From Polyangiales bacterium (GTDB taxonomy: Bacteria; Myxococcota_A; Polyangia; Polyangiales; Polyangiaceae), in the NCBI GenBank assembly GCA_038231275.1, contig JBBRLQ010000010.1:1-64000 (forward strand): 64,000 nucleotides of DNA, given 5' to 3'. The position numbers were made by a program, and so were the translations under genes. The notes beneath the pieces are model-generated. The model did no database searches, was not told the origin of the DNA, and saw only the letters and a program-made list of their open reading frames with translations. Positions 63,102 through 64,000 of the stretch are shown piece by piece (position 1 is the stretch's first letter; each line of letters begins with the position of its first letter).

Positions 63102-63923
63102 TCAGCGCGGGGGAGGGACGCTCCGCAGCGCGCCGATGAGCGCGTCATGGATTTTCCCATTGGTGGCCACGAGGTTGGCGAGCTGGTGCGCTTGGAGGAG
63201 ATCTGGCGACATCCCGTCGAGGCTCGAGATGCGGCCGCCGGCGCCGAGGACGATCGCGGCGCCCGCGGCGAGATCCCACGGGCGCAGCTTTCGCTCCCAA
63301 TAGCCGTCGTAGGTGCCGTCGGCGACGAAGCAGAGATCGATCGCGGCCGATCCGCAGCGACGCACGGCTTGAGCTTGCCTTTTGATGGCGACGAACGCGT
63401 CGAAGTTGTTGTCGGCGCTGGTCTTGCGGTCGTACGGGAAACCGGTGCCGAGCATCGCGGCGTCGAAACGATCCGTACGGCTGACCTCGCATGGCGCGCC
63501 GTTGCGCGTTGCGCCGCCCGACGCGGAGCCGGTCCAGGTGAGATCGAGCGCGGGCGCATAGACGACGCCGAGGTGCGGTGCGCCGCCGACGGTGAGCCCA
63601 ATCGAGACACAATAGAAAGGGTGGCCGTGGACGAAGTTCGTCGTGCCGTCGAGCGGATCGACGTACCACGTGGGATCATTGGGATCGGGCGCGCTCTCGC
63701 CGCCAGCCTCTTCGCCGACGCACGCGAAGCCGGTCTCACGAACGAGGCGCTCGCGCAGGTACTCCTCGCTCGCGCGATCGTACTCGGTGACCAGATCGAC
63801 GACGCCCTTGTGCTCCGCGACGGGGCGATGGCGAAAGCCGGGGGCCAAGATCGTGGCGGCCTGTCGCGCGGCGTCCGTCGCGAGGAGGAGGAGCGCGGGC
63901 TCGTGCTTCTGCGCGACGCTCAC
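63102..63923 (-). CDS. suhB: Inositol monophosphatase family protein
   Basis: DLVTEYD, GEE, WYVDPLDGTTNFVHG, TGFPYD, RRCGSAA, WDLAAG. Confidence 0.9.
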   Translation of the reverse strand: MSVAQKHEPALLLLATDAARQAATILAPGFRHRPVAEHKGVVDLVTEYDRASEEYLRERLVRETGFACVGEEAGGESAPDPNDPTWYVDPLDGTTNFVHGHPFYCVSIGLTVGGAPHLGVVYAPALDLTWTGSASGGATRNGAPCEVSRTDRFDAAMLGTGFPYDRKTSADNNFDAFVAIKRQAQAVRRCGSAAIDLCFVADGTYDGYWERKLRPWDLAAGAAIVLGAGGRISSLDGMSPDLLQAHQLANLVATNGKIHDALIGALRSVPPPR

Positions 63924-64000
63924 GCCAGCCTCGCGAGGAGCCTCGGGTAGATTCCGCCGAACGCGCCGTTCGAGAGGACCGCGATCGTGTCGCCCGGCTG
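63920..64000 (-). CDS. mpl: 3' end of murein peptide ligase Mpl (partial)
   Basis: QPGDTIAVLSNGAFGGIYPRLL* resembles the Mpl C-terminal SNGGFGG motif; overlaps the suhB GTG. Confidence 0.7.
   Translation of the reverse strand, partial: QPGDTIAVLSNGAFGGIYPRLLARLA

Noticed and set aside
210..63950. Many long Arg/Ala-rich overlapping ORFs (for example 210..2339, 26445..29096, 51772..55215)
   Set aside because: Stop-poor alternative frames of high-GC genes with no motifs
1..64000. tRNA, rRNA, IS, integrase, prophage or defence systems
   Set aside because: No recognisable motifs, and composition is uniform across genes

Overview
This 64-kb window is high-GC chromosomal DNA from a myxobacterium, probably Polyangiales/Sorangiineae. 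That placement is inferred from a MYXO-CTERM protein, a MXAN_5187-C-terminal protein, a TSP3/OmpA protein, Cys-rich lipoproteins and Ser/Thr kinases. Housekeeping genes are dnaA (no adjacent dnaN or rpmH), cysS, folE, mscL, a class II DAHP synthase, dusB, lgt, tsaE, suhB and the 3' end of mpl. They are interspersed with many secreted proteins, lipoproteins and signalling genes. I saw no rRNA, tRNA, IS, prophage or CRISPR array. The main observations are: (1) a compact candidate sigma54-driven small RNA (palindromic enhancer, -24/-12 box, one GU-rich hairpin with a C-rich loop, U-tract); (2) directly downstream of it, a large lipoprotein whose alpha/beta-hydrolase appears circularly permuted; (3) a B12-radical SAM / heme-oxygenase-like diiron oxidase / MBL hydrolase operon; (4) a sensor-less pseudo-histidine kinase with a ChpT-like architecture; (5) an ECF sigma-Ser/Thr kinase pair; (6) a TetR regulon with three visible operators; (7) a 54-bp tandem palindromic repeat. 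All product calls come from recognising motifs by eye; no searches were run.
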